Shown here piece by piece: positions 27,113 to 36,680 of a DNA stretch of 64,000 nt. The position numbers were made by a program, and so were the translations under genes. This DNA is from Emcibacter sp. GTDB taxonomy: Bacteria > Pseudomonadota > Alphaproteobacteria > Sphingomonadales > Emcibacteraceae. The notes under the pieces are model-generated. The model did no database searches, was not told where the DNA came from, and saw only the letters and a list, made by a program, of their open reading frames with translations. The DNA lies in NCBI GenBank assembly GCA_021741205.1, contig JAIOYI010000013.1, forward strand, positions 1,773 through 65,772. The letters are read 5' to 3'. Each line of letters begins with the position of its first letter. Position 1 is the first letter of the stretch.

Positions 27113-27991
27113 TTATGCCAATAATCCTGCTTTGCTCATGGCTGCCTTAACCATAACCTTGGCATTATCACTGATACCCACCATAGGAAGACGCATTTCA
27201 GCAGAACATATACCCATCAATTCAAGAGCATATTTTACAGGACCCGGATTTGGTTCAATAAATAAAGCATGATGTAAATCAGTCAATTTATCCTGTATAG
27301 CCAGAGCGGATTTATAATCCCCAGCGAGACAATAATTTTGGAATTCAGAGATTAATTTCGGCGCAATATTTGACGTGACCGAAATGCAGCCGACCCCACC
27401 ATGAACATTAAAGCCAAGTGCGGTCTGATCTTCGCCTGAGAGCTGAATGAAGTCTTTGCCCATGGCAATACGTTGCAACGGAACCCGAGCCACATTACCT
27501 GTGGCATCCTTAACACCGATCACATTTTTTAATTCACGGTAACAACGGCTCATGGTATCAACAGACATGTCAACAACCGACCGACCCGGAATATTATAAA
27601 TCACTAAAGGCAAATCCACTTCATCATTCAAGGCCTTATAATGCCGAAACAGTCCTTCCTGGCTGGGTTTATTATAATAAGGCATAGCAATTAGTGCCGC
27701 ATCAGCGCCCGCCGTCTTGGCATGGGTGAGCAAGCTTATAGCTTCGCTTGTTGAATTAGAACCACATCCCGCAATAACAGGAACCCTGCCCGCAACTTCT
27801 TCAATGCAGATTTCCGTAACACGGCGATGTTCGTCATGATTAAGGGTAGGAGACTCGCCCGTTGTACCGCAAGGAACAAGCCCGTGTGTCCCCTGATCAA
27901 TTTGCCAATTCACCAAATTACGAAACGCTTTTTCATCAAACTGACCATTCTTGAATGGCGTAACAAGCGCTGTAATTGATCCTCTTAGCAT
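27113..27991 (-). CDS. dapA: 4-hydroxy-tetrahydrodipicolinate synthase
   Basis: 292 aa. [31 protein letters not shown] (active-site Lys). Confidence 0.9.
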   Translation of the reverse strand: MLRGSITALVTPFKNGQFDEKAFRNLVNWQIDQGTHGLVPCGTTGESPTLNHDEHRRVTEICIEEVAGRVPVIAGCGSNSTSEAISLLTHAKTAGADAALIAMPYYNKPSQEGLFRHYKALNDEVDLPLVIYNIPGRSVVDMSVDTMSRCYRELKNVIGVKDATGNVARVPLQRIAMGKDFIQLSGEDQTALGFNVHGGVGCISVTSNIAPKLISEFQNYCLAGDYKSALAIQDKLTDLHHALFIEPNPGPVKYALELMGICSAEMRLPMVGISDNAKVMVKAAMSKAGLLA

Positions 27992-28105
27992 AATGATGTC
28001 TCCTCAAACTTATTTTTATTAAAGGGCAAAATAGTCTGCCTTTCACTCTACTGCAAGACATGAATTCACAAAGCGCTATCTTTATAATTCCCGCCACATT
28101 TATAT

Positions 28106-28135
28106 TATAAAAAAGGCGAGGATAAACCCCGCCTT
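28106..28135 (-). terminator. rho-independent terminator after the EF-hand protein gene
   Basis: On the minus strand: AAGGCGGGG-TTTAT-CCTCGCCTT (9-bp stem including one G-U) followed by TTTTT. Lies about 30 nt downstream of the stop at 28167. Confidence 0.65.
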
Positions 28136-28166
28136 AAAAGCCTAATAAAAATTATAGCGTTACAGT

Positions 28167-28670
28167 TTAGGGCTTATCGCTATTTTTTTTCATTTCATGC
28201 ATTTTTTTCTTCTTGTCCATCATTTTTTTATGGTCTTCTTTGGTTAAATGTCCGTCTTCATTATGATCCATATGGTTAAACTTCATATCTTGTTTGGCAT
28301 CAAATTCTGCTCTTGAAATCTTACCATTTTTATCCGTATCAAGTTTTTCAAAATGTTTTTTTAAACGGCTCTGTTTAACTTTTTCCATGGCCGCCATATG
28401 CTTTTCTTCCATTATATTAGAAAAAGTCACAAATTCCTGATCATCAAGACTACCGTCACTGTTTTTATCAGCACTCATAAAAACATTGTCACCAAAATTC
28501 CTAAACTCCTGATCGCTCACAGTACCGTCATTATCGGCATCCATCAATTCAAGCATGGCAAGATGTTCACCACCTTTCCTTGGCATAGTCCATTTCTCAC
28601 CAGCAAAAACCGATGAAGAAAAAAATATTGCTGTAACGGATACACAGCTGACCAATAATAAATATTTCAT
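28167..28670 (-). CDS. secreted calcium-binding protein with four EF-hand loops
   Basis: Signal peptide (...SSSVFA-GEK). Loops DADNDGTVSDQE, DKNSDGSLDDQE, DTDKNGKISRAE and DHNEDGHLTKED fit the D-x-[DN]-x-[DN]-G-x-[ILV]-x-x-x-[ED] consensus. K/M/H-rich tail. Confidence 0.75.
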   Translation of the reverse strand: MKYLLLVSCVSVTAIFFSSSVFAGEKWTMPRKGGEHLAMLELMDADNDGTVSDQEFRNFGDNVFMSADKNSDGSLDDQEFVTFSNIMEEKHMAAMEKVKQSRLKKHFEKLDTDKNGKISRAEFDAKQDMKFNHMDHNEDGHLTKEDHKKMMDKKKKMHEMKKNSDKP

Positions 28671-28780
28671 TTCTATTTTCCTTAAATTATGTGTTTAAAG
28701 TCCAAACCCCTCTCCTAAAGAGTGATACGGTCTAACTCTGAAAAACATGCGATATAATTTAAGAAAAAATGAGCGCATTT

Positions 28781-29233
28781 CTATATAACGCCCAACGCCG
28801 TTAAAAGAGCCCAACAAGTCATAAATATTAGAATAAGTGACCCAATCGTCCAAAAAGTTGCCCGAACATCATGGGTTTGTGCCGTAAAATAGGCTGCAAA
28901 ATGCATAAATCTGGAAACAACATAACCATAAAGAAGTATTTGAGCCATTAAAAGTGAGGGGTCGGTCATAATGAAAAGAAATCCCGCCACAAGAAAATAG
29001 GGCAAATTTTCCAAATCATTCATCTGAATACGTCGAATGCGATCAACATATTCATTTTTATCAAGCTGGTCTGGAGAAGGCTCAGGATTAAGAGGCGTTT
29101 TTTTAAGGTCTTCTGGCGAACGAAAACCAGCCTTCACTTTCATCATCCGAACAACTGTAAGCCAAGACATACCAACAGCCTTAAGGATCATGAGAGAGGC
29201 TGCAATGACATAAGTATTATAGAGTGTATCCAT
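28781..29233 (-). CDS. MAPEG-family protein (microsomal glutathione S-transferase-like)
   Basis: 150 aa, 4 TM. RRIQMNDLENLPYFLVAGFLF matches the MGST1-type R..H.NDLEN.PFF motif. Confidence 0.7.
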   Translation of the reverse strand: MDTLYNTYVIAASLMILKAVGMSWLTVVRMMKVKAGFRSPEDLKKTPLNPEPSPDQLDKNEYVDRIRRIQMNDLENLPYFLVAGFLFIMTDPSLLMAQILLYGYVVSRFMHFAAYFTAQTHDVRATFWTIGSLILIFMTCWALLTALGVI

Positions 29234-29314
29234 TACTGATTCCTTGTATGTTTTTTTATTATTTAAAAAATTTGTACGGATAAAAATATATCCGCTGTCA
29301 CAAAAACATAAGCT

Positions 29315-30514
29315 TTATTGTAAAATTGAATCATCTACATCAATACGCCTCACGGATCGTACCATAAATAGCACAATCAAACATAACCCCGCCATAAAAA
29401 AATACGCATGCCCGCCAAACCTATTATAAAGTGGACCAGCGAGCAACATCACCATACCAATTGAGAAACCCATAGGAACAGAGCTGTAAAGCGATTGTGC
29501 GGTCGTAAAATATTTATCTGGCACACGGGTGGATAAAAAATACATGGAAACCAAATGAGCCGCGCCAAAAGTTAGTCCATGAATAGTTTGCACCATAAAT
29601 AATAAGGGCAGTGATAAGGAAATTGCCAAAACAGACCATCTTATGGCACCAAAGACCGCAATAAAGGCCAAAACATGCATGGGTCGAAAAAGAGCTATAA
29701 ATTTTCCCGCAAAAAGAAAGACCAATATTTCTGCAATAACTCCTGTGCTCCATAAAGCGCCAACGGTTGCGTTGTCAATCCCATTGCTTGCCCAATAATA
29801 ACTACCCATGGCCTGCAAAAAACCATGGCTCATAAATATAAGACTTAATACAACAAGGAACATAACAAATTGTTTATTGGTCAACAGAAATTTTAACGGA
29901 GAAATACCATCATTCTGGGTGATAACTTTGTCTTTCTTCTTGTTTTCCTCTTTGGGTAGAAAAAACACCGAGATAAAAATAAGCGCAAAAGATCCCAGAC
30001 AAAAATATAAGAAATAGTCATAGCCATAATAATCAAGGTATTTGCCCATAAAAACAGAGCCTAGGATGAATACAGCAGAGCCTATGGATCTCATACGGCC
30101 ATATTGTAGGTTATATTTTTCGCATGCCCGCACTGTATAGGTCTCCATCAATGGAGCAAACCCCGTATAAGCAATGGAAAATAAAATTGCCACAGCCGCA
30201 AACATATAAAACGTAGAAAAAACAAGATAGCCACAGAAAAAAAAGATAGCCAAAGCAATAAGGACCAGCATAGGTTTACGTTTCATGCCAAGTTTATCAC
30301 ATAATTGCGCTATAAAAGGCGACGTCAGAAGCTTTAAAAAAGCAGGAAACCCCAACAAAAACCCAATTTCAGAGGGCGTGATACCAACCGTAGCAAGCCA
30401 CAATGCCCAGAAAGGCGTTGCAATTCCAACATAGAAAAACATGCCCGTATACGCACCCCCAATTTTATAGGCAATAGGATTTTTATAGCCACTCATATTG
30501 TTATTTGTCGTCAT
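29315..30514 (-). CDS. MFS transporter
   Basis: 399 aa with about 12 TM segments. DKLGMKRKP loop between TM2 and TM3 is typical of MFS. Substrate unknown. Confidence 0.75.
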   Translation of the reverse strand: MTTNNNMSGYKNPIAYKIGGAYTGMFFYVGIATPFWALWLATVGITPSEIGFLLGFPAFLKLLTSPFIAQLCDKLGMKRKPMLVLIALAIFFFCGYLVFSTFYMFAAVAILFSIAYTGFAPLMETYTVRACEKYNLQYGRMRSIGSAVFILGSVFMGKYLDYYGYDYFLYFCLGSFALIFISVFFLPKEENKKKDKVITQNDGISPLKFLLTNKQFVMFLVVLSLIFMSHGFLQAMGSYYWASNGIDNATVGALWSTGVIAEILVFLFAGKFIALFRPMHVLAFIAVFGAIRWSVLAISLSLPLLFMVQTIHGLTFGAAHLVSMYFLSTRVPDKYFTTAQSLYSSVPMGFSIGMVMLLAGPLYNRFGGHAYFFMAGLCLIVLFMVRSVRRIDVDDSILQ

Positions 30515-30601
30515 AGTTGATGACTAAGCCTGCTAGATGTAATAATTTTATAGAGAGAGTTTTCTTGTACAATATTCATTCATAATCTTCATAATGAATA
30601 T

Positions 30602-31192
30602 TTATAATTTTTTATCATAGAGAATCTCTTCTAGCTCTTCACGAGCCATTCCAAGCGTTCTGTGACCAAGCGTATAAGAAAAACCTGCTCGACACATACT
30701 AGCCAATTCTTTTTCTATGATCTCTGAATTATCATGACGACTATTAAATGCTCCAAATCTTCGTTTTTTGATATATCGCACCGCTGCCAACGCATCCTGA
30801 TCCTCCAACTGTTCGGACAAATTGGAAATAATGTCATCTATCAAACCTGATGGCACACCCTTGGTCCGTAATTTTTGAATAATCATTACCTTGGAATTGC
30901 CATTACGAATAAGAGATCTTGCTCTTGATTCTGCATACTCACGATCATTGACGAGATTTAGAGATACCATCTGAGCCACAATATCATCAATCCATTCTTG
31001 CGTATTTTCAAATAATTGGCCATGCTCAATAGAAACATTATCGTCAGAAACAGCCATAATGCGTCTTACCTTGCGTTCTAAGACATCTTTCAGATTTTTT
31101 TCTGTCGTTGCAAATTTCTGTAAGTAGCTATAAGTTGCCCGCACAAGATAATCGCGCGTCACTTTGCGCTTTTTTATTTTTTTTATTACCAT
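30602..31192 (-). CDS. recX: RecX-family regulatory protein
   Basis: Helical-repeat protein with RecX-like pattern (YLVRATYSYLQKFATTEKNLKDVLERK..., LVNDREYAESRARSL..., ALAAVRYIKKRRFG). ATG at 31192 preferred over the extended ORF to 31264. Confidence 0.6.
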   Translation of the reverse strand: MVIKKIKKRKVTRDYLVRATYSYLQKFATTEKNLKDVLERKVRRIMAVSDDNVSIEHGQLFENTQEWIDDIVAQMVSLNLVNDREYAESRARSLIRNGNSKVMIIQKLRTKGVPSGLIDDIISNLSEQLEDQDALAAVRYIKKRRFGAFNSRHDNSEIIEKELASMCRAGFSYTLGHRTLGMAREELEEILYDKKL

Positions 31193-31237
31193 TTTCCGCC
31201 CGCTATAAATCTCAATAAACAATAGTATCAGAGCATA

Positions 31238-32140
31238 ATGATAGAACATAGAGCCCCAAGCCATTTTTTTTATCTCCTTCTTCTTGCCTTATTTTGGGGC
31301 AGCGCCTTTATGTTTGTTAAAATTGGGCTTGAAAGCATATCTCCCATAACACTTGCCGCTGGTCGTATCACTATTGGGGCAATAATTATGATCTTACTGT
31401 CCCTTAAAATGGGCATAAAATTTCCGCAAAAAGTTATGGAATGGTTCCATTGCATGATTGTTGGTATTACGGGTATTATCATTCCCTTTATTCTTATAAA
31501 TTCGAGCATTCAATATGTTCATAGCTCGCTTGCCGCAATTTGCATGTCGCTTTCTCCCCTTTTTACCATAACACTAAGCCACTATATGACCCATGATGAG
31601 AAATTCAGCAAAAACAAATTATTCGGTATAATATTTGGTATATTGGGCGTCATAAGCCTTTTTTACGGCGCTATCACAGATATCAATAATTCTCCTGAAA
31701 TTTATCTGGCTTTACTGGGATTAGTTGCCTCATCATTTTTCTATGCCCTATCTGGTGTTCTGATAAAAAAACTCAAAAACAAGAACCCCATCAGCACGTC
31801 TTCTGCCATGCTCATCACGGCAAGCCTGATTATTATTCCACTTGCTCTCATCATTGAAAAGCCCTGGATGCTTCAGCCCACATCCTCAGCCATTTATGCC
31901 GTATTTGTGCTTGGAATCTTTGCAACGGGAATTGCCTCTCTTGTATTATTCCATCTTACCCATCTCGCTGGTGCAACATTTGTATCTTATAGTGCTTACC
32001 TTATTCCGCTCATTGGAATGGCAGCAGGCAATATCTGGCTTGATGAACCATTAAAAATACATTATACGGTTTCAGTCTTATTTATATTTTCAGGAATTTA
32101 TCTGGCAGAAAAAAAGAAAACTAAATCGAAAATACTCTAG
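31238..32140 (+). CDS. EamA/DMT-family transporter
   Basis: 300 aa, 10 TM, two EamA-like halves (LLALFWGSAFMFVKIG...). Divergent from recX. Confidence 0.8.
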   Translation: MIEHRAPSHFFYLLLLALFWGSAFMFVKIGLESISPITLAAGRITIGAIIMILLSLKMGIKFPQKVMEWFHCMIVGITGIIIPFILINSSIQYVHSSLAAICMSLSPLFTITLSHYMTHDEKFSKNKLFGIIFGILGVISLFYGAITDINNSPEIYLALLGLVASSFFYALSGVLIKKLKNKNPISTSSAMLITASLIIIPLALIIEKPWMLQPTSSAIYAVFVLGIFATGIASLVLFHLTHLAGATFVSYSAYLIPLIGMAAGNIWLDEPLKIHYTVSVLFIFSGIYLAEKKKTKSKIL

Positions 32141-32359
32141 TGTGTCGTATTAAATACGAGAACAACAAAGAATAAATATCTTGGAAAGTAGGCCAACTAG
32201 AGATAAAGTGACTTAATTTAAATTAATTCCTTGCGATTTATAACAACAAAATGTATCGAAGGCACAATAAATTAGAGATAGGAAAGCAACATTACACTGA
32301 TGCTGTCCTGTTAAGGTTGTGGTTATTCCACGGAAAAATACGAGTGATTTTAAAAATAC

Positions 32360-34099
32360 ATGCTTGAACCTATTCCAACACATGACCCTAATCTTCCGCG
32401 CAGATTTTCTGATTTCGGAACATTATTAGAGGCCATAGAATATGCAGCCAAGGGCATTAGGGGTTTGAATTTCTATTCCCCTCGTGGTGAACTTGAAACG
32501 AGCATTACTTTTGCTGAAATAAAAGATAAAGCCCAAGAAATTGGACAACGCTTTATTCATTTTGGTATTGAAAAAGGGGCACGAGTTGCCCTGATTGCCG
32601 AAACAAGCGATGAATTTATTTGTTATTTTATTGGCTGTCAATATGCGGGGCTGTTACCAGTTCCCCTTCCTTTACCCACATCATTCGGTGGACGAGAAGG
32701 TTATACAAGCCAATTAAACCAGCAGATGAAAAGCTGTGGAACATCTGTTGCCATATCCGCATCTTATATGCTTCCCCTTTTGGATGAGGCAACATCTGAT
32801 ATTAAAATGAAATTTGTCGGCACATCAACCACCTTCGAGGCACAGGCAGACTTTAACGATATAAAAAATATTATTCTGCCCGATGTGCAATCAAATGATC
32901 TGGCTTATCTTCAATATTCATCAGGAAGTACACGTTTCCCCCATGGGGTCGCTGTGAGCCATAGGTCTCTTATGGCAAATTGCCACGGCATCGGAGCCGA
33001 AGGAATGCAGCTTAACGAGAATGACCGCGTTGTTTCTTGGTTACCCTTTTACCATGATATGGGTTTAGTCGGAACATTACTGTCCCCCATTGCAAATCAG
33101 GTAACGACGGATTATCTGACTACTGAATCCTTTGCCCGCCGGCCATTACAATGGTTAAAGCTTATTTCCAAAAACAAAGGCACGCTAGCCTATAGTCCAA
33201 CATTTGGTTACGACATATGCACCCGCCGTGCAAGTCCTGCCAATATCGCCGAACTGGATTTATCCAGCTGGCGGGTTGCCGGCATTGGTGGTGATATGAT
33301 CCGTGCTGATGTTCTGACACAATTTCAAGAAACCTTTGAAGAAGTTGGCTTTAAAAGTACAACTTTCGTACCGAGCTATGGACTAGCCGAATGCACGTTA
33401 GCGGTGAGTTTTGCCACCTTAAACAAGGGATTCGAAATAGATTTGGTCAATGAAAAGGTTTTATCTGGAGAAGAAAAACACATCAGTAAATCTAAACTCA
33501 ATGGCAATGGGGCAAAATACCGTAATGTTGTTAATTGTGGCGTTCCCATTTCGGAATATGAATTAGAAATCCGTGATGAAGATGAGAATGATCTTGGTGA
33601 ATATCAAATTGGTCGTGTGTGTGTTCGTGGTACAAGTGTCATGGATGGGTATTTCCAAGACCTTGAATCGACTAAAGCATGCATGTCTGAAGATGGTTGG
33701 TTGGATACAGGCGATATTGGCTATATGAAGGAAGGTTCCCTTTATATCATAGGCAGAATAAAAGACCTTATTATCATCAACGGCAGAAACCACTGGCCCC
33801 AAGATATTGAATGGGCGGTTGAGCAGTTGGATGATCTCCGATCAGGTGACACGGCTGCGGTATCTATTCCCGGCGAACGTGATGAGGAAATTCCAGCGAT
33901 TTTGGTGCAATGCCGCACACGCAACGAAGCAGAACGCCTTACTATGGAAAATAAAATTAAAGATACCGTACATTCCATGCTTGGGATTTCACCGCTCGTT
34001 GCCCTTATTCCACCAAGATCCCTTCCCCGCACTTCTTCTGGAAAACTGAGCAGAGCAAAGGCGAGAAAACAATATCTTGAAGGAAGCCTGACAGCCTAA
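32360..34099 (+). CDS. fatty acyl-AMP ligase (FAAL) / acyl-ACP synthetase-like adenylating enzyme
   Basis: 579 aa. FAAL-type core YLQYSSGSTRFPHGVAVSH, LPFYHDMGLV, SYGLAECT, GDIGY. First gene of the ACP/Spt block. Confidence 0.8.
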   Translation: MLEPIPTHDPNLPRRFSDFGTLLEAIEYAAKGIRGLNFYSPRGELETSITFAEIKDKAQEIGQRFIHFGIEKGARVALIAETSDEFICYFIGCQYAGLLPVPLPLPTSFGGREGYTSQLNQQMKSCGTSVAISASYMLPLLDEATSDIKMKFVGTSTTFEAQADFNDIKNIILPDVQSNDLAYLQYSSGSTRFPHGVAVSHRSLMANCHGIGAEGMQLNENDRVVSWLPFYHDMGLVGTLLSPIANQVTTDYLTTESFARRPLQWLKLISKNKGTLAYSPTFGYDICTRRASPANIAELDLSSWRVAGIGGDMIRADVLTQFQETFEEVGFKSTTFVPSYGLAECTLAVSFATLNKGFEIDLVNEKVLSGEEKHISKSKLNGNGAKYRNVVNCGVPISEYELEIRDEDENDLGEYQIGRVCVRGTSVMDGYFQDLESTKACMSEDGWLDTGDIGYMKEGSLYIIGRIKDLIIINGRNHWPQDIEWAVEQLDDLRSGDTAAVSIPGERDEEIPAILVQCRTRNEAERLTMENKIKDTVHSMLGISPLVALIPPRSLPRTSSGKLSRAKARKQYLEGSLTA

Positions 34100-34202
34100 A
34101 ATACCGTTGTTTTTCGTGTGTACTTTATCTCTCGATATTTATTATTGACGGAAAAACATATATAACGGTAATCTTTACTGAACAGGGATTACCAATTTTA
34201 TT

Positions 34203-35138
34203 ATGACAAAAATAATAGCAGTCACCGGAGGAACAGGGTTTGTTGGTAAACATCTGATTCGTGAACTCATCCATCAAGGATATCACGTTAAAGCTCTGAC
34301 CCGTAGCCCTCAAGCAGAAACCAGTAATGTGAACTGGATTAAGGGTGATCTTGAAAATACTGACTCGCTCAAAAAACTTATAGAAAATTCTGATGCATTG
34401 ATACATTTAGCGGGATTGATTAAAACAAAAAGAAAAGAAAATTTTAAACTCATCAACAGCGAAACAATCCCCAAGCTGTTGGAAATCGTTCACAATATGT
34501 CCTCAAAACCCCATTTTATTCTACTGTCTTCTTTGGCGGCAAGGGAAAGACATTTATCCCATTACGCAGAAAGCAAAAGAAAGGGAGAAGAATTTCTCAT
34601 GAGTGGCGCAAAGAATATCCCATGGACTATTCTGCGACCGCCTGGGATATATGGCCCCGAAGATTTGGAAACCTTAAAGATATTTAAGGCCGTATCTTCT
34701 GGGATTGCCCCATTACCGAAAAATTCACATAATCGCGCATCATGGATTTATGCCCCAGATTTAGCAAAAGCCATCATTTCTTTATTAGGCAATACGGCCT
34801 GTTTTGGACAATGTCTTGATGTTGACGACGGTAAAGAGGGAGGCTATTCAAATCAAGAGCTTTATGCCACAGCCTCAAACATATTAAATGTGAAACCCTT
34901 ACAATTTACGATACCAAAATTTGGCTTAACCTTTATTTCTCATTTAAACGTCTTATTTTCAACATTTTTTGGTTATACTCCGATGATAACGCCAGATAAA
35001 ATAAATGAACTATGTTATCCAGACTGGATATGCCACGGTCCTCATGTTATGAAAGTAACAGAATGGAAACCGCAAACAGATTTAAAACAAGGGTTTGAAA
35101 ATACGCTAAAGTGGTATAAAGAAAATAATCTAATATAA
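34203..35138 (+). CDS. NAD(P)-dependent epimerase/dehydratase-family (extended SDR) protein; candidate ceramide-pathway reductase (CerR-like)
   Basis: 311 aa. Rossmann motif VTGGTGFVGKHLIREL; SDR-like body. Position between the FAAL and ACP-Spt genes mirrors the Caulobacter ceramide locus gene set. Confidence 0.7.
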   Translation: MTKIIAVTGGTGFVGKHLIRELIHQGYHVKALTRSPQAETSNVNWIKGDLENTDSLKKLIENSDALIHLAGLIKTKRKENFKLINSETIPKLLEIVHNMSSKPHFILLSSLAARERHLSHYAESKRKGEEFLMSGAKNIPWTILRPPGIYGPEDLETLKIFKAVSSGIAPLPKNSHNRASWIYAPDLAKAIISLLGNTACFGQCLDVDDGKEGGYSNQELYATASNILNVKPLQFTIPKFGLTFISHLNVLFSTFFGYTPMITPDKINELCYPDWICHGPHVMKVTEWKPQTDLKQGFENTLKWYKENNLI

Positions 35139-35178
35139 TTTTTGCCTGTTATCAAAACTGAACGAATAATTTTTTCAG

Positions 35179-35442
35179 ATGGAAAACTGTATGACACAAA
35201 GTGTTGATGAAATTTTTGAGCGTATCAGTATGCTCATAAAGCCTTTTAATAAGAAAAATATATCCATAAGCAAAGATACTGTATTTAGTATTGATCTGGA
35301 ACTTGATTCTCTGACTGTAATGGATCTGTTATCTGAAATTGAAGATGAATTTGATATTACGGTTCCTCTCAACATGCTTCCAGATCTGGAAACTGTTGGA
35401 CAATTCACTGAGGCTGTACAAAAATTATTGAGCGAACAATGA
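35179..35442 (+). CDS. dedicated acyl carrier protein
   Basis: 87 aa. Phosphopantetheine-attachment motif LELDSLTVMDLLSEIEDEFDI. Stop overlaps the start of the next gene (ATGA). Confidence 0.8.
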   Translation: MENCMTQSVDEIFERISMLIKPFNKKNISISKDTVFSIDLELDSLTVMDLLSEIEDEFDITVPLNMLPDLETVGQFTEAVQKLLSEQ

Positions 35443-36674
35443 CCCAAGATCTTTTTGAAAAATTTAATCCAATCCTAAATAGCTACAACAGCATTCCTTC
35501 GGGGGAGAATAACCCCTTCACTGTTAGCATGGAAAAGGTCTTATCACCAACAACGGCCATCATCAATGGGCGTGAGACCATTCTTGCCGGCACCAATAAC
35601 TATATGGGCATGACGTTTAACGAAGAATGCATAAAGGCCGCGACAGACGCTTTGATGACCTTGGGAACTGGCACAACGGGTTCACGTGTTCTCAACGGAA
35701 CATATAACGGTCACAAAAACCTAGAAGAAACCTTAAAGAAATTTTATGACACAGAATATGCAGTTGTCTTTTCTACGGGTTATCAGGCAAATCTTGGCGT
35801 TATTTCAACACTTGCAGGACCAAAGGATTATATCGTTATTGATGCGGATAGTCATGCCAGCATTTATGATGGTTGTGCATTGGGTAATGCGTCTGTTGTT
35901 CGTTTCAAACATAATGACCCTGAAAATCTTGAAAAAAGATTGAACCGCATTCGCCGAGATGATCCGGAGGCTGGTATTCTTGTTGTTTTAGAAGGCGTCT
36001 ATAGCATGCTTGGTGATCAGGCCCCTCTTAAAGAACTTACAACAATTTCTAAGAAATATGATGCATATGTGCTTGTGGATGAAGCTCATTCCATCGGTGT
36101 TTTTGGCAAGACGGGTCGTGGGGTCGCTCAGGAACAAGATGTGGAAGATCAGGTTGACTTCATCGTGGGAACTTTTAGCAAAAGTGTAGGAACCATTGGC
36201 GGCTATTGTGTTTCAAACCATCCGAAATTTGAAGTATTACGTCTTGTCTGCAGACCTTATATGTTTACGGCATCTCTTCCGCCGTCTGTCGTTGCCTCCG
36301 CAACAAAGGCCTTGGAACTCATTTCCAACAGTAATCTTCGCAGCAAACTATTACAGAATTCCGCCCGTTTAAATAATGGGCTGGATGATGCAGGGTTTGA
36401 TATGGGCACAACAGGTGAAAGTCCCATTGCGGCCATCATTGTAGGCGATCAAAAAACAGCAATCGCTTTCTGGGGTGAGATGATAAGAGAAGGTGTTTAT
36501 GTTAATCTCGCCCTGCCCCCTGCGACACCCAATGGTTTAAATCTGATGCGGTGTAGTTTGTCAGCGGCGCATAGTTTTGAGCAAATTGATTTTATGTTGG
36601 AAAAATTCATAAAAGTTGGCCGTAAATTAGGTCTGTTACAATCTGTCACGGAACGCAATCTTGAAACGGCTTAA
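35439..36674 (+). CDS. spt: alpha-oxoamine synthase family enzyme, serine palmitoyltransferase-like
   Basis: 411 aa. PLP-lysine motif GTFSKSVGTIGG, DEAHSIGVFG, NNYMGM. The genomic context (ACP, FAAL) favours Spt over BioF/Kbl. Confidence 0.75.
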   Translation: MTQDLFEKFNPILNSYNSIPSGENNPFTVSMEKVLSPTTAIINGRETILAGTNNYMGMTFNEECIKAATDALMTLGTGTTGSRVLNGTYNGHKNLEETLKKFYDTEYAVVFSTGYQANLGVISTLAGPKDYIVIDADSHASIYDGCALGNASVVRFKHNDPENLEKRLNRIRRDDPEAGILVVLEGVYSMLGDQAPLKELTTISKKYDAYVLVDEAHSIGVFGKTGRGVAQEQDVEDQVDFIVGTFSKSVGTIGGYCVSNHPKFEVLRLVCRPYMFTASLPPSVVASATKALELISNSNLRSKLLQNSARLNNGLDDAGFDMGTTGESPIAAIIVGDQKTAIAFWGEMIREGVYVNLALPPATPNGLNLMRCSLSAAHSFEQIDFMLEKFIKVGRKLGLLQSVTERNLETA

Positions 36675-36680
36675 CTATTT

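Noticed and set aside
32146-32348. Repeated aaatacgag motif (32152-32160 and 32337-32345) and the tcgtatt-a-aatacga palindrome upstream of the FAAL gene, as a possible operator for the sphingolipid locus.
   Set aside because: The repeats are short (8-9 nt) in AT-rich DNA. The palindrome has a 1-nt centre, so it cannot form a hairpin terminator. The evidence is insufficient to separate it from chance.
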